DNA of 57,516 bases from Tubiluchus corallicola (Eukaryota > Animalia > Priapulida): NCBI GenBank assembly GCA_030141605.1, contig JAQGDQ010002417.1:1-57516 (forward strand), given 5' to 3'. Positions 40,706 to 50,150 of the stretch are shown one piece after another. The notes below the pieces were generated by a model that had not been told where the DNA came from, did no database searches, and saw nothing but the letters and a program-made list of their open reading frames with translations. Both the position numbers and the translations under genes were made by a program. How positions within the stretch are numbered: position 1 is the stretch's first letter; the number at the start of each line of letters is the position of its first letter.

Positions 40706-41719
40706 ATGAAAACACCCAAAGTCAAAAACACCACAATTGTTTTGCTTTTTATCTGCTTAATATCCAGTAGTATTGTTGTGAATGGGCAAGGTAGAGAAGA
40801 CGATAATGACAATTACGAATACGATGATGAAAATCACGCCATAGAAGACAACGGGGATGAGAACACTATAATATTAACAGAAGAAGAATATGAGCTATAT
40901 TATGATTCTTTAATACCTGCAAACTACGACCCATTGCCTTTTGATAATCAAGAAAATATGAAAACTGAAAGGGGAGTTGCAGTAGTATCAAATGAATTTC
41001 CTGACAACCTCAAGTATGTAGGGTTACACAAAAGCTTACCCACGGGCACTATAGTAAAAGTAAAAAATGACGCTAATGAAAACTCTGTATTCATACGGAT
41101 AGTTGGTACGCTTAGTGGCAGCAATGAGGCGCCTCCAAATACAATAATAGAAATTTCAAAAGCTGTGCAAGAACGGCTTAAAAGTAATGAAGAACAACTT
41201 GATATGGAAACTGAAAGGGGAGTTGCAGTAGTATCAAATGAATTTCCTGACAACCTCAAGTATGTAGGGTTACACAAAAGCTTACCCACGGGCACTATGG
41301 TAAAAGTAAAAAATGACGCTAATGGAAACTCTGTATACATACGGATAGTTGGTACGCTTAGTGGCAGCAATGAGGCGCCTCCAAATACAATAATAGAAAT
41401 TTCAAAAGCTGCGCAAGAACGGCTTAAAAGTAATGAAGAACAACTTGATATGAAAACTGAAAGGGGAGTTGCAGTAGTATCAAATGAATTTCCTGACAAC
41501 CTCAAGTATGCAGGGTTACACAAAAGCTTACCCACGGGCACTATAGTAAAAGTAAAAAATGACGCTAATGAAAACTCTGTATACATAGGGATAGTTGGTA
41601 CGCTTAGTGGCAGCAATGAGGCGCCTCCAAATACAATAATAGAAATTTCAAAAGCTGCGCAAGAACGGCTTAAAAGTAATGAAGAACAACTTGATGTAGA
41701 GATTACATATAGAGAATAA
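40706..41719 (+). CDS. Chimeric secreted protein: signal and acidic N-terminus of the downstream gene plus three tandem RlpA-like domains from the upstream gene
   Basis: First 69 aa are identical to ORF 41798; the rest is near-identical to the C-terminus of ORF 39326, repeated three times. Confidence 0.8.
   Translation: MKTPKVKNTTIVLLFICLISSSIVVNGQGREDDNDNYEYDDENHAIEDNGDENTIILTEEEYELYYDSLIPANYDPLPFDNQENMKTERGVAVVSNEFPDNLKYVGLHKSLPTGTIVKVKNDANENSVFIRIVGTLSGSNEAPPNTIIEISKAVQERLKSNEEQLDMETERGVAVVSNEFPDNLKYVGLHKSLPTGTMVKVKNDANGNSVYIRIVGTLSGSNEAPPNTIIEISKAAQERLKSNEEQLDMKTERGVAVVSNEFPDNLKYAGLHKSLPTGTIVKVKNDANENSVYIGIVGTLSGSNEAPPNTIIEISKAAQERLKSNEEQLDVEITYRE
40958..41695 (+). repeat. Three in-frame tandem 246-bp (82-aa) repeats; a fourth copy lies at 40358-40603
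   Basis: Unit starts ATG(G/A)AAACTGAAAGGGG at 40358, 40958, 41204 and 41450. Confidence 0.95.
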
Positions 41720-41797
41720 AACGCTTGTTACCATTGATTTGCATTGTAAGCAATTAGTAACGTGAAATTAGTAAATTATAATTTAATTTAATAGAAC

Positions 41798-42586
41798 ATG
41801 AAAACACCCAAAGTCAAAAACACCACAATTGTTTTGCTTTTTATCTGCTTAATATCCAGTAGTATTGTTGTGAATGGGCAAGGTAGAGAAGACGATAATG
41901 ACAATTACGAATACGATGATGAAAATCACGCCATAGAAGACAACGGGGATGAGAACACTATAATATTAACAGAAGAAGAATATGAGCTATATTATGATTC
42001 TTTAATGCAAAGCAGGAAGCATGGAGGATACGGTTCTATTCATGTAGGAGTAACTTCTATTGATCATGCTAACTCTTGGGCTATAGGATTTAAAGGGGGG
42101 ATAGTTTTATTTCATAAAGTTGGACTGGGAGGCATGATGCAAGCCGTAAATTCACAAGCAAAGCAGGATATTTACTTAAACAATGAAAAATATTATTATA
42201 CTGTCCTATACGGTGGAATTTTTATTGAGCCAATTTTATTAAGCACTAAAACAGTTAGCGTTTCACTACCTATAATGATAGGAGGAGGGCGCATCAGATA
42301 TCAGCCTCGCTCCAATGGAGGAAATAACACAACGTCTAATAGCATTTTGATAGAAGGACAAGCAGAATATTTCATTGGTACGCCAGGAATTGATGTTGCA
42401 ATAAATGCCAACAAATTTTTTCAATTGGGAGTTAGTGCTGCTTATCAAGTAACATCTGACTTCAACTTAGAGTATTTTTCCACTGCAGCCATAAACAATG
42501 GCGCCACAAAAATATCTAATGGGGATGCTTTAAATGGAGCAATAATAAGTTTTTTTATTAAATTCGGCTACTTTGGAGGACGATAG
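41798..42586 (+). CDS. Hypothetical outer-membrane beta-barrel protein with acidic N-terminal linker
   Basis: Signal peptide, D/E-rich stretch, HGGYG, YGGIFIEP, amphipathic strands and C-terminal IKFGYF. Confidence 0.65.
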   Translation: MKTPKVKNTTIVLLFICLISSSIVVNGQGREDDNDNYEYDDENHAIEDNGDENTIILTEEEYELYYDSLMQSRKHGGYGSIHVGVTSIDHANSWAIGFKGGIVLFHKVGLGGMMQAVNSQAKQDIYLNNEKYYYTVLYGGIFIEPILLSTKTVSVSLPIMIGGGRIRYQPRSNGGNNTTSNSILIEGQAEYFIGTPGIDVAINANKFFQLGVSAAYQVTSDFNLEYFSTAAINNGATKISNGDALNGAIISFFIKFGYFGGR

Positions 42587-42721
42587 ATGCTTCGCATCAT
42601 CGTATATTTGTTGTTTGTTTAACAAAGCAAAATAGTAGGATAGAATTACATGCTGTTATCATTTATTCGTGCTTGCTTTTTAAAATATCAAAATACAAAA
42701 GATTAAAAAAAATAATAAAAA

Positions 42722-44101
42722 ATGAGTAAAATAACACTCAGTCCTCCAAAAGGGACAAGGGATTTTGGTGCTAAAGAAATTCAAGAAAGACAAGTAATAT
42801 TCAACACCATTAAGCGAATATTTGAAAAATTTGGATTTGAACCACTTGAAACCCCTGCAATGGAAACCCTTTCCGTTCTAACAGAAAAATATGGAGAAGA
42901 AGGAGACATGTTGCTATACAAAATATTAAATTCTGGTGACTTTTTATCCAAAATAGACGAACAAGATTTAAAAACCCAAAAGCATAAAGAGTTAATTAAA
43001 AAAATATCGCAAAAGGGTCTTCGGTATGACCTTACAATACCTTTTGCACGCTATGTTGCGGCAAATCAACACAAAATAACATTCCCATTTAAACGCTATC
43101 AAATACAACCTGTTTGGCGAGCAGATAGACCCCAAAAAGGACGTTATAGAGAGTTTTACCAATGTGATGCTGATGTGATTGGTAGTAATTCACTAATATG
43201 TGAAACAGAAATTATCATGATGATCTGTGGCATATTTGAAAAACTAAGCGTTAAAAACTTTTCAATAAAAATAAACAATAGAAAAATACTACAAGGGATA
43301 ATGGAAAAATTTCACATGAGTGAAAAAGAAACATTATTTTGCACAATTATAGATAAATTAGATAAAATAGGGGTAGAAAAAACCAAAGAAGAGCTAAAAA
43401 ATAACTTTGGCAATGCATTTTTAGAAGAAATAAATATCTTATTTAAATCATACATATCTAACACTGAGAAAGTAAATGCCCTTAAAAATTGGCTAAAAAA
43501 TGTTAGCATAGCAGAAGAAGGAATAAAAGAAATAGAAAAAATTTTCTCACTACTACAAAATTTTTTACCACACACTTACGTTAATAGATTAGAAATAGAT
43601 ATTATGTTAGCAAGAGGTTTAGCATATTATACAGGAACAATATTTGAAGCAAAAATCAACAATGCCAACAAAGCCAACAGTAGTGTTGGTGGCGGGGGAC
43701 GGTATGATAATTTGTGTTCTATATTTGGCCTGAACAATGTTTCCGGAGTAGGATTCTCATTTGGGATAGACAGAATCCACGACGCAATGAAACAGCTTAA
43801 TTTATTTCCTAATACTCAATTCTCACCTTCCCAACAAATATTAATAGTCAACTTTGGAGAAGAGACACAAAAAGAAGTACTAAAAACAGCTCAAATTTTA
43901 CGAAAAAATGAGGTCTGCTGTGAAATATATCCAGACGCTGATAAATTAAAAAAACAATTTAGTTACGCTAATAAAAAGGGGATACCATTTGTTCTTGTTG
44001 TAGGACCAGAAGAGGTTAAACAAAAAAAATACATGCTTAAAAACATGAAAACAGGAGAGCAACAAAGCGTACAAGTAGAAGAAGTAACAAAAAAAATATA
44101 A
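42722..44101 (+). CDS. hisS: Histidine--tRNA ligase
   Basis: PKGTRDF, LRYDLTIPFAR, GRYREFYQCDAD, LARGLAYYTG and GGGRYD. Confidence 0.97.
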   Translation: MSKITLSPPKGTRDFGAKEIQERQVIFNTIKRIFEKFGFEPLETPAMETLSVLTEKYGEEGDMLLYKILNSGDFLSKIDEQDLKTQKHKELIKKISQKGLRYDLTIPFARYVAANQHKITFPFKRYQIQPVWRADRPQKGRYREFYQCDADVIGSNSLICETEIIMMICGIFEKLSVKNFSIKINNRKILQGIMEKFHMSEKETLFCTIIDKLDKIGVEKTKEELKNNFGNAFLEEINILFKSYISNTEKVNALKNWLKNVSIAEEGIKEIEKIFSLLQNFLPHTYVNRLEIDIMLARGLAYYTGTIFEAKINNANKANSSVGGGGRYDNLCSIFGLNNVSGVGFSFGIDRIHDAMKQLNLFPNTQFSPSQQILIVNFGEETQKEVLKTAQILRKNEVCCEIYPDADKLKKQFSYANKKGIPFVLVVGPEEVKQKKYMLKNMKTGEQQSVQVEEVTKKI

Positions 44102-44115
44102 TTTTTTTGTTACTT
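44082..44115 (+). terminator. Hairpin over the hisS stop, possible terminator
   Basis: AAGTAACAAAAAAA...TTTTTTTGTTACTT perfect inverted repeat, AT-rich. Confidence 0.45.
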
Positions 44116-44272
44116 TGTATTAAATTTGTCAAAAATTTCATATATTGCAGGCGTAGTTTTCTATCTTTAGTAAAAAGGTAGAAAAATGCAAATAAACACA
44201 AAGTTTATGTGCTTTTTTCATTAAAAATGTAACCATTTACATGTTTCTTAGCTTTATAAAAATCTTAAAATT

Positions 44273-44782
44273 ATGACTAGCGCAGAGTTTAGCAAAGAAA
44301 TCGAGCAACTTCAACCTTACCTCAAAAACGCAGCTATAAAGTTAACTACGAATAGAGAAGATGCTAACGACTTAACTCAAGACGTTGCCATGAAAGCATT
44401 TCGTAACCGTGATAAATTCAAAGATGGTACCAATTTCAAAGCATGGCTTCATACTATTATGCGTAATACTTTTCTTACAAATTGCCAAAAGCAAGCTAAA
44501 AAAAATACATTCATCGACAGTACAGACAACATGTTTTACATTGATTCTAAATCTGAAAAGAATGATGTCTTCCGGCAGGTAGATAAAAGTAATCTCTATA
44601 ACATTGTAAAAAGTCTTGAAAAGATTTATAAAGTTCCGTTTCAAATGTACTACAATGGGTATAAATATTATGAAATATCTGATATATTGTCCGTTCCCAT
44701 TGGGACTGTTAAAAACAGAATCCATATTGCAAGAAAGTTATTAAAGCAAAAATGGCATTCAATAGCAACTTACAAAACATAA
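44273..44782 (+). CDS. ECF (sigma-70 family) RNA polymerase sigma factor
   Basis: DANDLTQD, NFKAWLHTIMRN and GYKYYEIS...PIGTVKNRIHIAR. Confidence 0.92.
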   Translation: MTSAEFSKEIEQLQPYLKNAAIKLTTNREDANDLTQDVAMKAFRNRDKFKDGTNFKAWLHTIMRNTFLTNCQKQAKKNTFIDSTDNMFYIDSKSEKNDVFRQVDKSNLYNIVKSLEKIYKVPFQMYYNGYKYYEISDILSVPIGTVKNRIHIARKLLKQKWHSIATYKT

Positions 44783-44832
44783 CATTTTTTATATTTTTTT
44801 AAATTAGAATTGCAAACAATATAAATAAGCAT

Positions 44833-44840
44833 TACCTTTG
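44833..44840 (+). promoter_or_regulatory. -7 promoter element (TACCTTTG) for rpmE2
   Basis: TAnnTTTG about 25 bp upstream of the ATG. Confidence 0.6.
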
Positions 44841-44865
44841 CAGTAATTAATTTCAAATATTTGTA

Positions 44866-45111
44866 ATGAAAAAAGATATTCATCCTAAGTATAGAGAAGT
44901 TGTTTTTTATGACACGGCAAGCAATTATAAATTCTTAACGCGCTCTACAATTAAAACTAAAGACACCATTGAATGGGAGGACGGAAATACCTACCCCCTA
45001 GTGAAAGTGGAAATTAGTTCTGCATCTCATCCTTTTTATACAGGTAAAAAGGTATATGTGGATACAGCAGGCCGCGTAGAGAAATTTAATAGGAAATACA
45101 AAAAACAATAA
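44866..45111 (+). CDS. rpmE2: 50S ribosomal protein L31 type B
   Basis: [19 protein letters not shown] and GRVEKF; no zinc-binding Cys. Confidence 0.95.
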   Translation: MKKDIHPKYREVVFYDTASNYKFLTRSTIKTKDTIEWEDGNTYPLVKVEISSASHPFYTGKKVYVDTAGRVEKFNRKYKKQ

Positions 45112-45131
45112 TTACTCTTTACAAGCTAAAC

Positions 45132-48100
45132 TTAATTAAAAAGCTGCAAATGATTTATCAGTTCGTGTATAGTTGACACAGAGTTAATATCATTTACAGA
45201 AAAAATAATTCTATTATTAACTTCTTTAATGGAACACCTTTTAACATTCTTTTGCACAAAAATAAGAATATTATTAAATGCTGAAGAATTATAATAATTA
45301 GAATTGTCTGCTGATAATAAATATGCTCTCAGCTTATTGTTTTTTACGACAAGCCTTTCTATGCCAATGTTTTGTGCTTTCCATCTAATCTCTATCATTT
45401 CTAGCAAGCTCTTCACCGAGTCAGGTAACGCTCCAAACCTATCAACCAACATTACTCTAAACTTATTCAAATCATCTTCAGTTTTAAGGTTATCAACTTG
45501 ATTATAAAGGCTTAAACGTTCTGACACATTACTAACATAGTGGTTAGGAATTACCAACTCTATATCCGTTTCTATAGAGCAATCATCACTAAATATGACC
45601 TCTTCTTTCTTTTTCTCTTTATCATCATGGGAAAGTGATTTAAATTGAGTCTCTTTAAGCTCCCGTATTACATCATCTAAAATTTTATGATAAGTTTCAA
45701 AGCCCAACTCATTGATGAAACCACTCTGTTTAACTCCTAACAAATTTCCCGCTCCTCTGATATCCAAATCTCTCATGGCTATTTTAAACCCATCTCCCAA
45801 ATCTGAAAACTCTTCTAATGTTCGGAGCCGCTTTCGCGTCTCCCCTTTAATCGTAAAAATAGGAGGCGAGAGTAAGTAACAAAAAGCTTTTCTACTTGAC
45901 CGTCCCGTCCTTCCTCGCATTTGGTGCAAATCTGACAAGCCAAACATATGAGCATTATTAATAATAATCGTGTTTGCATTAGGTATATCAAGTCCTGACT
46001 CTATAATGTTAGTAGACAATAACACATTATAAGAACCTTCTATGAATTTAATCATTTCTGCCTCCAACTTATCTCCTCGCATTTGTCCATGAACCACACC
46101 CAATTTAGCATTTGGAGTATTTCTTCTTATAATATCTGCTACTTGTTCTAAGTCATATATTCTATTATGCACAAAAAACACTTGCCCGCCCCTATCCAAC
46201 TCAAAATTAATAGCACTTGTAATAACCCTTGAGTCAAACAAATGCACCGAAGTAGAAATGCTCTGCCTATTTAATGGAGGGGTAGACAGTATGCTCAAAT
46301 CCCTAACCCCCATCAAAGAAAAGTGAAGAGTTCGAGGAATAGGAGTAGCCGTTAAAGTTAACACATCCACATTTACTTTTAGCTCTTTTAGCTTTTCCTT
46401 TACTTTAACCCCAAATTTTTGCTCCTCATCTACTATTAACAAACCCAAGTCTTTAAACTCAACGTCCTTACTTGCAATTCTATGAGTGCCTATTAAAATA
46501 TCTATCTTCCCTAATTTTGTTTCTTGTAAAATAGCCTTTATATTGCCCGATTTCTTAAATCTATTGACATAGTTTACATTAACAGGAAAATTTTTTAATC
46601 GTTCAGAAAAGGTTTTATAATGTTGCATTGCTAAAATAGTTGTTGGAACTAATATTGCTACTTGTTTCCCATCATTTACAGCCTTAAAAGCAGCTCTTAC
46701 CGCTATCTCTGTTTTCCCAAATCCCACATCACCACAAATTAGCCTATCCATAGAATAATCCTTCTCCATATCCTGCTTCATCTCTTCAGTCGCCTTTTCT
46801 TGGTCAGGAGTATCATGATACAAAAAAGACGCTTCTAATTCTGCTTGTAGGTAGCTATCCTTCGAAAATCTAAAACCTTTGGAAGCTTTTCGTTTAGCAT
46901 AAAGTGTCAAAAGTTCCTTTGCTATTGTTTCTATGCTTTTTTTTGCTTTCTCTTTCTTTGTCTCCCAATCTTTGCTTCCTAACTTACTCAACATTGGCGG
47001 ATTGCCATCTTTACTTGAGTATTTGGAGATTTTATGCAATGCATATATATTTAAATATAAAACATCATCATCTTTAAAAATTAATCGTATTAACTCCTGT
47101 TTTTTCCCATTATTATATTTTGTTTCTAAGCCTGCAAATTTCCCTATCCCATAGTTTATGTGCGTAATATAATCTCCTGGCAACAGCGAATTAACCTCTC
47201 TTAAGGTAAGAGCTTTTGAGTTTTTATATTGCCTATCAAGCCTAAATTTATGAAATCTATCAAATATTTGATGATCCGTATAACAAGCAATATTGGCAAT
47301 AGTATCTACAAACCCTTGACGCAAAGACATGTTCATCCAATCAATAGAGATATCCGAATTAACTTCCTCTAACACATGTTGAAGCTTATTAAGTGATTTA
47401 AGCGAATCAGATACAATAATATTAGATATATTTTTGCCTTGGTTATTTACAAGATCGTTAGATAAATATTGAAAATCTTTATGGAAATTTGGTTGTGGTT
47501 TTGCCGTAAACTCTAATACCTCAGCATCATTTATATAAAATCTCCTTCCAAACTCTATTATTGATAATTTATTGATTGACTGTTTTATAGATGATTGAGT
47601 TTCTATAAAATCATAGCCATACTCCTTATGCAGTTGTTCCGTAACCGTCATTATCAATTTATAATCCTTAACCCATACTTTTGCTTTTTGGGGCAAAAAA
47701 TCAAATATGGATATATAGCTACTTTTTTGCATCTCTTCATGGTTAAAAAAATTTGGTGCCACAATCATTTCACTCACATGCTCTATTGATAACTGTGTGT
47801 CTGGATTAAAAACTCTGATACTCTCTATTTCTTCATCTAAAAACTCAATTCTGAAAGGCAAATCATTTGAAAAAGAAAAAACATCTAATATACCCCCTCT
47901 TACAGAAAATTGCCCTGCTTGAAACACAAAATCAGATCGTGTAAAGTGAAAGGATGTTAACTTTTCTACAATAGAATCTATGCTTAAAATATTTCCTTTT
48001 TTTATTAAATAAGATTTTTCGTTAAAAGTAGTGTGATTTACCACTTTCTGAGCAATGGCTTCAGGGAATGACACAATTATGCATTTGTTGTTGCTTTGCA

Positions 48101-48440
48101 CACTCCCTAATGCTTTAACGCGCTCTAAGTCATTCGGTTCTGATATCTTTCCTATAAATTCTCCTTCTATATAAGATGCTGGGAAAAAGAAAAGCTCTGT
48201 TTTATCAAAAAAATTTTCTAAATCATTATAAAAATAAGAGGCTTCCTCTTTATCATGCAAGACAAACAAATACACCTCTGGCGATAGGCTATGGAGTGCT
48301 GACGATACAATTGCATCTTGGCTGCCTACCAATCCTTTTAGCTGAAAATTTTTAGAGGCATTTGTTTTATTAATTACCTGAGTAATATGCCGTATAAAAG
48401 AATTTTTCTGATAGTGATATATTAATTTGCTTTTTTTCAT
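45132..48440 (-). CDS. mfd: Transcription-repair coupling factor
   Basis: RGGILDVF, DRLICGDVGFGKTE, DEEQKFGV, TATPIPRTL and QMRGR. Start set to ATG 48440 because the -7 motif TAATTTTG lies at 48471-48478. Confidence 0.96.
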   Translation of the reverse strand: MKKSKLIYHYQKNSFIRHITQVINKTNASKNFQLKGLVGSQDAIVSSALHSLSPEVYLFVLHDKEEASYFYNDLENFFDKTELFFFPASYIEGEFIGKISEPNDLERVKALGSVQSNNKCIIVSFPEAIAQKVVNHTTFNEKSYLIKKGNILSIDSIVEKLTSFHFTRSDFVFQAGQFSVRGGILDVFSFSNDLPFRIEFLDEEIESIRVFNPDTQLSIEHVSEMIVAPNFFNHEEMQKSSYISIFDFLPQKAKVWVKDYKLIMTVTEQLHKEYGYDFIETQSSIKQSINKLSIIEFGRRFYINDAEVLEFTAKPQPNFHKDFQYLSNDLVNNQGKNISNIIVSDSLKSLNKLQHVLEEVNSDISIDWMNMSLRQGFVDTIANIACYTDHQIFDRFHKFRLDRQYKNSKALTLREVNSLLPGDYITHINYGIGKFAGLETKYNNGKKQELIRLIFKDDDVLYLNIYALHKISKYSSKDGNPPMLSKLGSKDWETKKEKAKKSIETIAKELLTLYAKRKASKGFRFSKDSYLQAELEASFLYHDTPDQEKATEEMKQDMEKDYSMDRLICGDVGFGKTEIAVRAAFKAVNDGKQVAILVPTTILAMQHYKTFSERLKNFPVNVNYVNRFKKSGNIKAILQETKLGKIDILIGTHRIASKDVEFKDLGLLIVDEEQKFGVKVKEKLKELKVNVDVLTLTATPIPRTLHFSLMGVRDLSILSTPPLNRQSISTSVHLFDSRVITSAINFELDRGGQVFFVHNRIYDLEQVADIIRRNTPNAKLGVVHGQMRGDKLEAEMIKFIEGSYNVLLSTNIIESGLDIPNANTIIINNAHMFGLSDLHQMRGRTGRSSRKAFCYLLSPPIFTIKGETRKRLRTLEEFSDLGDGFKIAMRDLDIRGAGNLLGVKQSGFINELGFETYHKILDDVIRELKETQFKSLSHDDKEKKKEEVIFSDDCSIETDIELVIPNHYVSNVSERLSLYNQVDNLKTEDDLNKFRVMLVDRFGALPDSVKSLLEMIEIRWKAQNIGIERLVVKNNKLRAYLLSADNSNYYNSSAFNNILIFVQKNVKRCSIKEVNNRIIFSVNDINSVSTIHELINHLQLFN

Positions 48441-48698
48441 ACATTTTTTACATTTTCGCCTGTAAACAAACAAAATTATAATTTTTTTGACAACAATAAA
48501 ACTAGCTACAAGTTTTGGCTTACAAAATTGGTAAAATAATAAATATTAAATGCGCTCATTAACAAATTATAACTAACCATGCAAAAATATTGCTAAAAAA
48601 GACAAAAATAATCCACATTAATCTTTGCCATTTATTCACATTATCCCTTAATAAAAGTTAACTTTGCTACATGATAAAAACTAAATTATAATTTACAC

Positions 48699-50150
48699 AT
48701 GAATTTAAATGTGGATATTAACAAGCCTATTTTTGAACTAATCAGCCAACAAACTCAAGGTATAGAAGCATATATAATAGGCGGGTATGTAAGGGATGCT
48801 TTATTAAACAAACCTTGTAAAGATATAGATATTGTTTGCTTAGGAGATGGTATAGAATTTGCCAAAAGAGTAGCACAAAATTTGCCCAATCAATCAGAAG
48901 TTTCTGTTTTTAAAAATTTTGGCACTGCCATGATTAAATTTAAAGATTATCAACTAGAGTTTGTAGGAGCTAGAAAGGAATCATATTTACAAAATTCCAG
49001 AAAACCCTCTGTAAAAAGTGGAACATTAAAAGACGACCAAAATAGACGAGATTTTACTATTAATGCTTTGGCTATTTCTTTAAATAAAGAAAATTATGGA
49101 GAAATAATAGATCCTTTTAATGGGATAGAGGATTTGAAAAACAAAATTATCAAAACCCCATTAGAACCATCGGCCACTTTTTCTGATGACCCGCTTAGGA
49201 TGATGAGAGGCATCAGGCTTTCGACACAATTAGGTTTTCAAATTGAAAGCTCAACATTTGATGCTATTATTAAAAATTCGAATAGACTTTCTAGAAGCGT
49301 GCAGGGAATTGTTTCACAAGAAAGAATAACTGAGGAATTGAATAAAATAATTATGGCTGATGTGCCATCAAGAGGTTTTTATTTGTTAGAGAAAGCAAAG
49401 CTTTTGGAAACTTTTTTCCCTGAAATGGTTGCCTTAAAAGGAGTAAAAGTCATCAATAATATAGGGCATAAAGACAATTTTATCCATACTCTACAGGTGC
49501 TAGATAATATTGCCAATAAAAGTAAAAACTTATGGTTGCGATGGGCGGCAATATTACACGATATTGCGAAACCTGTCACACAAAGATTTGATCAAAAAAT
49601 AGGATGGACATTCTATGGGCACGAAGAAAAAGGAGCAAAAAGGATGGTGCCGCATATTTTCAAAAAATTACGGCTACCTCTAAATGAAAAAATGAGATAC
49701 GTGCAAAAATTAGTCTGGTTACATTTAAGACCAATTGCCTTAGTTGATGACGGGGTAACGGATTCTGCCATTCGAAGATTGGTAGTGGAAGCAGAAGATG
49801 AGTTAGAAGACCTAATGGCATTATGTCGTGCTGACATTACTTCTAAAAACAGAAAAAAAGTAGAGCAATATTTAAAAAACTTTGATATTGTAGAACAAAA
49901 AGTTTATGATGTAATAGAGAGGGATAAAATTAGAAATTTCAAGCTTCCTATCTCAGGGAAAGACATTATGGAGTGCTTTAATATTGGTCCTTGTCGAATG
50001 GTAGGAGAAATAAAAAATAGTATTAAAGAGGCTATCTTAAACGGAGAGATAAAAAACAATTATAACGATGCTTGTGCTCTTATGATTAGGCTGGGGCAAC
50101 AAAAAAAGCTTGGCATTAATAATACGTTCTTAAATAAAAATCATCTTTAA
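48699..50150 (+). CDS. cca: CCA tRNA nucleotidyltransferase with HD domain
   Basis: IGGYVRD, DIDI, RRDFTINA, DDPLRMMR and LHDIAK; -7 motif TAACTTTG at 48659. Confidence 0.88.
   Translation: MNLNVDINKPIFELISQQTQGIEAYIIGGYVRDALLNKPCKDIDIVCLGDGIEFAKRVAQNLPNQSEVSVFKNFGTAMIKFKDYQLEFVGARKESYLQNSRKPSVKSGTLKDDQNRRDFTINALAISLNKENYGEIIDPFNGIEDLKNKIIKTPLEPSATFSDDPLRMMRGIRLSTQLGFQIESSTFDAIIKNSNRLSRSVQGIVSQERITEELNKIIMADVPSRGFYLLEKAKLLETFFPEMVALKGVKVINNIGHKDNFIHTLQVLDNIANKSKNLWLRWAAILHDIAKPVTQRFDQKIGWTFYGHEEKGAKRMVPHIFKKLRLPLNEKMRYVQKLVWLHLRPIALVDDGVTDSAIRRLVVEAEDELEDLMALCRADITSKNRKKVEQYLKNFDIVEQKVYDVIERDKIRNFKLPISGKDIMECFNIGPCRMVGEIKNSIKEAILNGEIKNNYNDACALMIRLGQQKKLGINNTFLNKNHL

Larger units (their letters stand above)
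40305..42006 (+). repeat. Tandem duplication of a 600-bp unit (second copy expanded to 1092 bp) bounded by ATTCTTTAAT
   Basis: ATTCTTTAAT occurs at 40305, 40905 and 41997. Segment 40625-40914 is identical to 41717-42006. Confidence 0.93.

Noticed and set aside
40358-41695. Diversity-generating retroelement (TR/VR) or CRISPR explanation for the near-identical repeats
   Set aside because: No reverse transcriptase or cas gene in the window. Differences are not adenine-specific (C/T, C/G and T/C occur), and the units are contiguous coding repeats without spacers.
48441-48473. Cys/Lys-rich N-terminal extension of Mfd
   Set aside because: It overlaps the -7 promoter motif at 48471-48478; ATG 48440 is more likely.
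50116-50150. 35-bp tail-to-tail overlap of cca and ftsE, and ftsE without ftsX
   Set aside because: Short convergent overlaps and unlinked ftsX are ordinary in compact Bacteroidota genomes.
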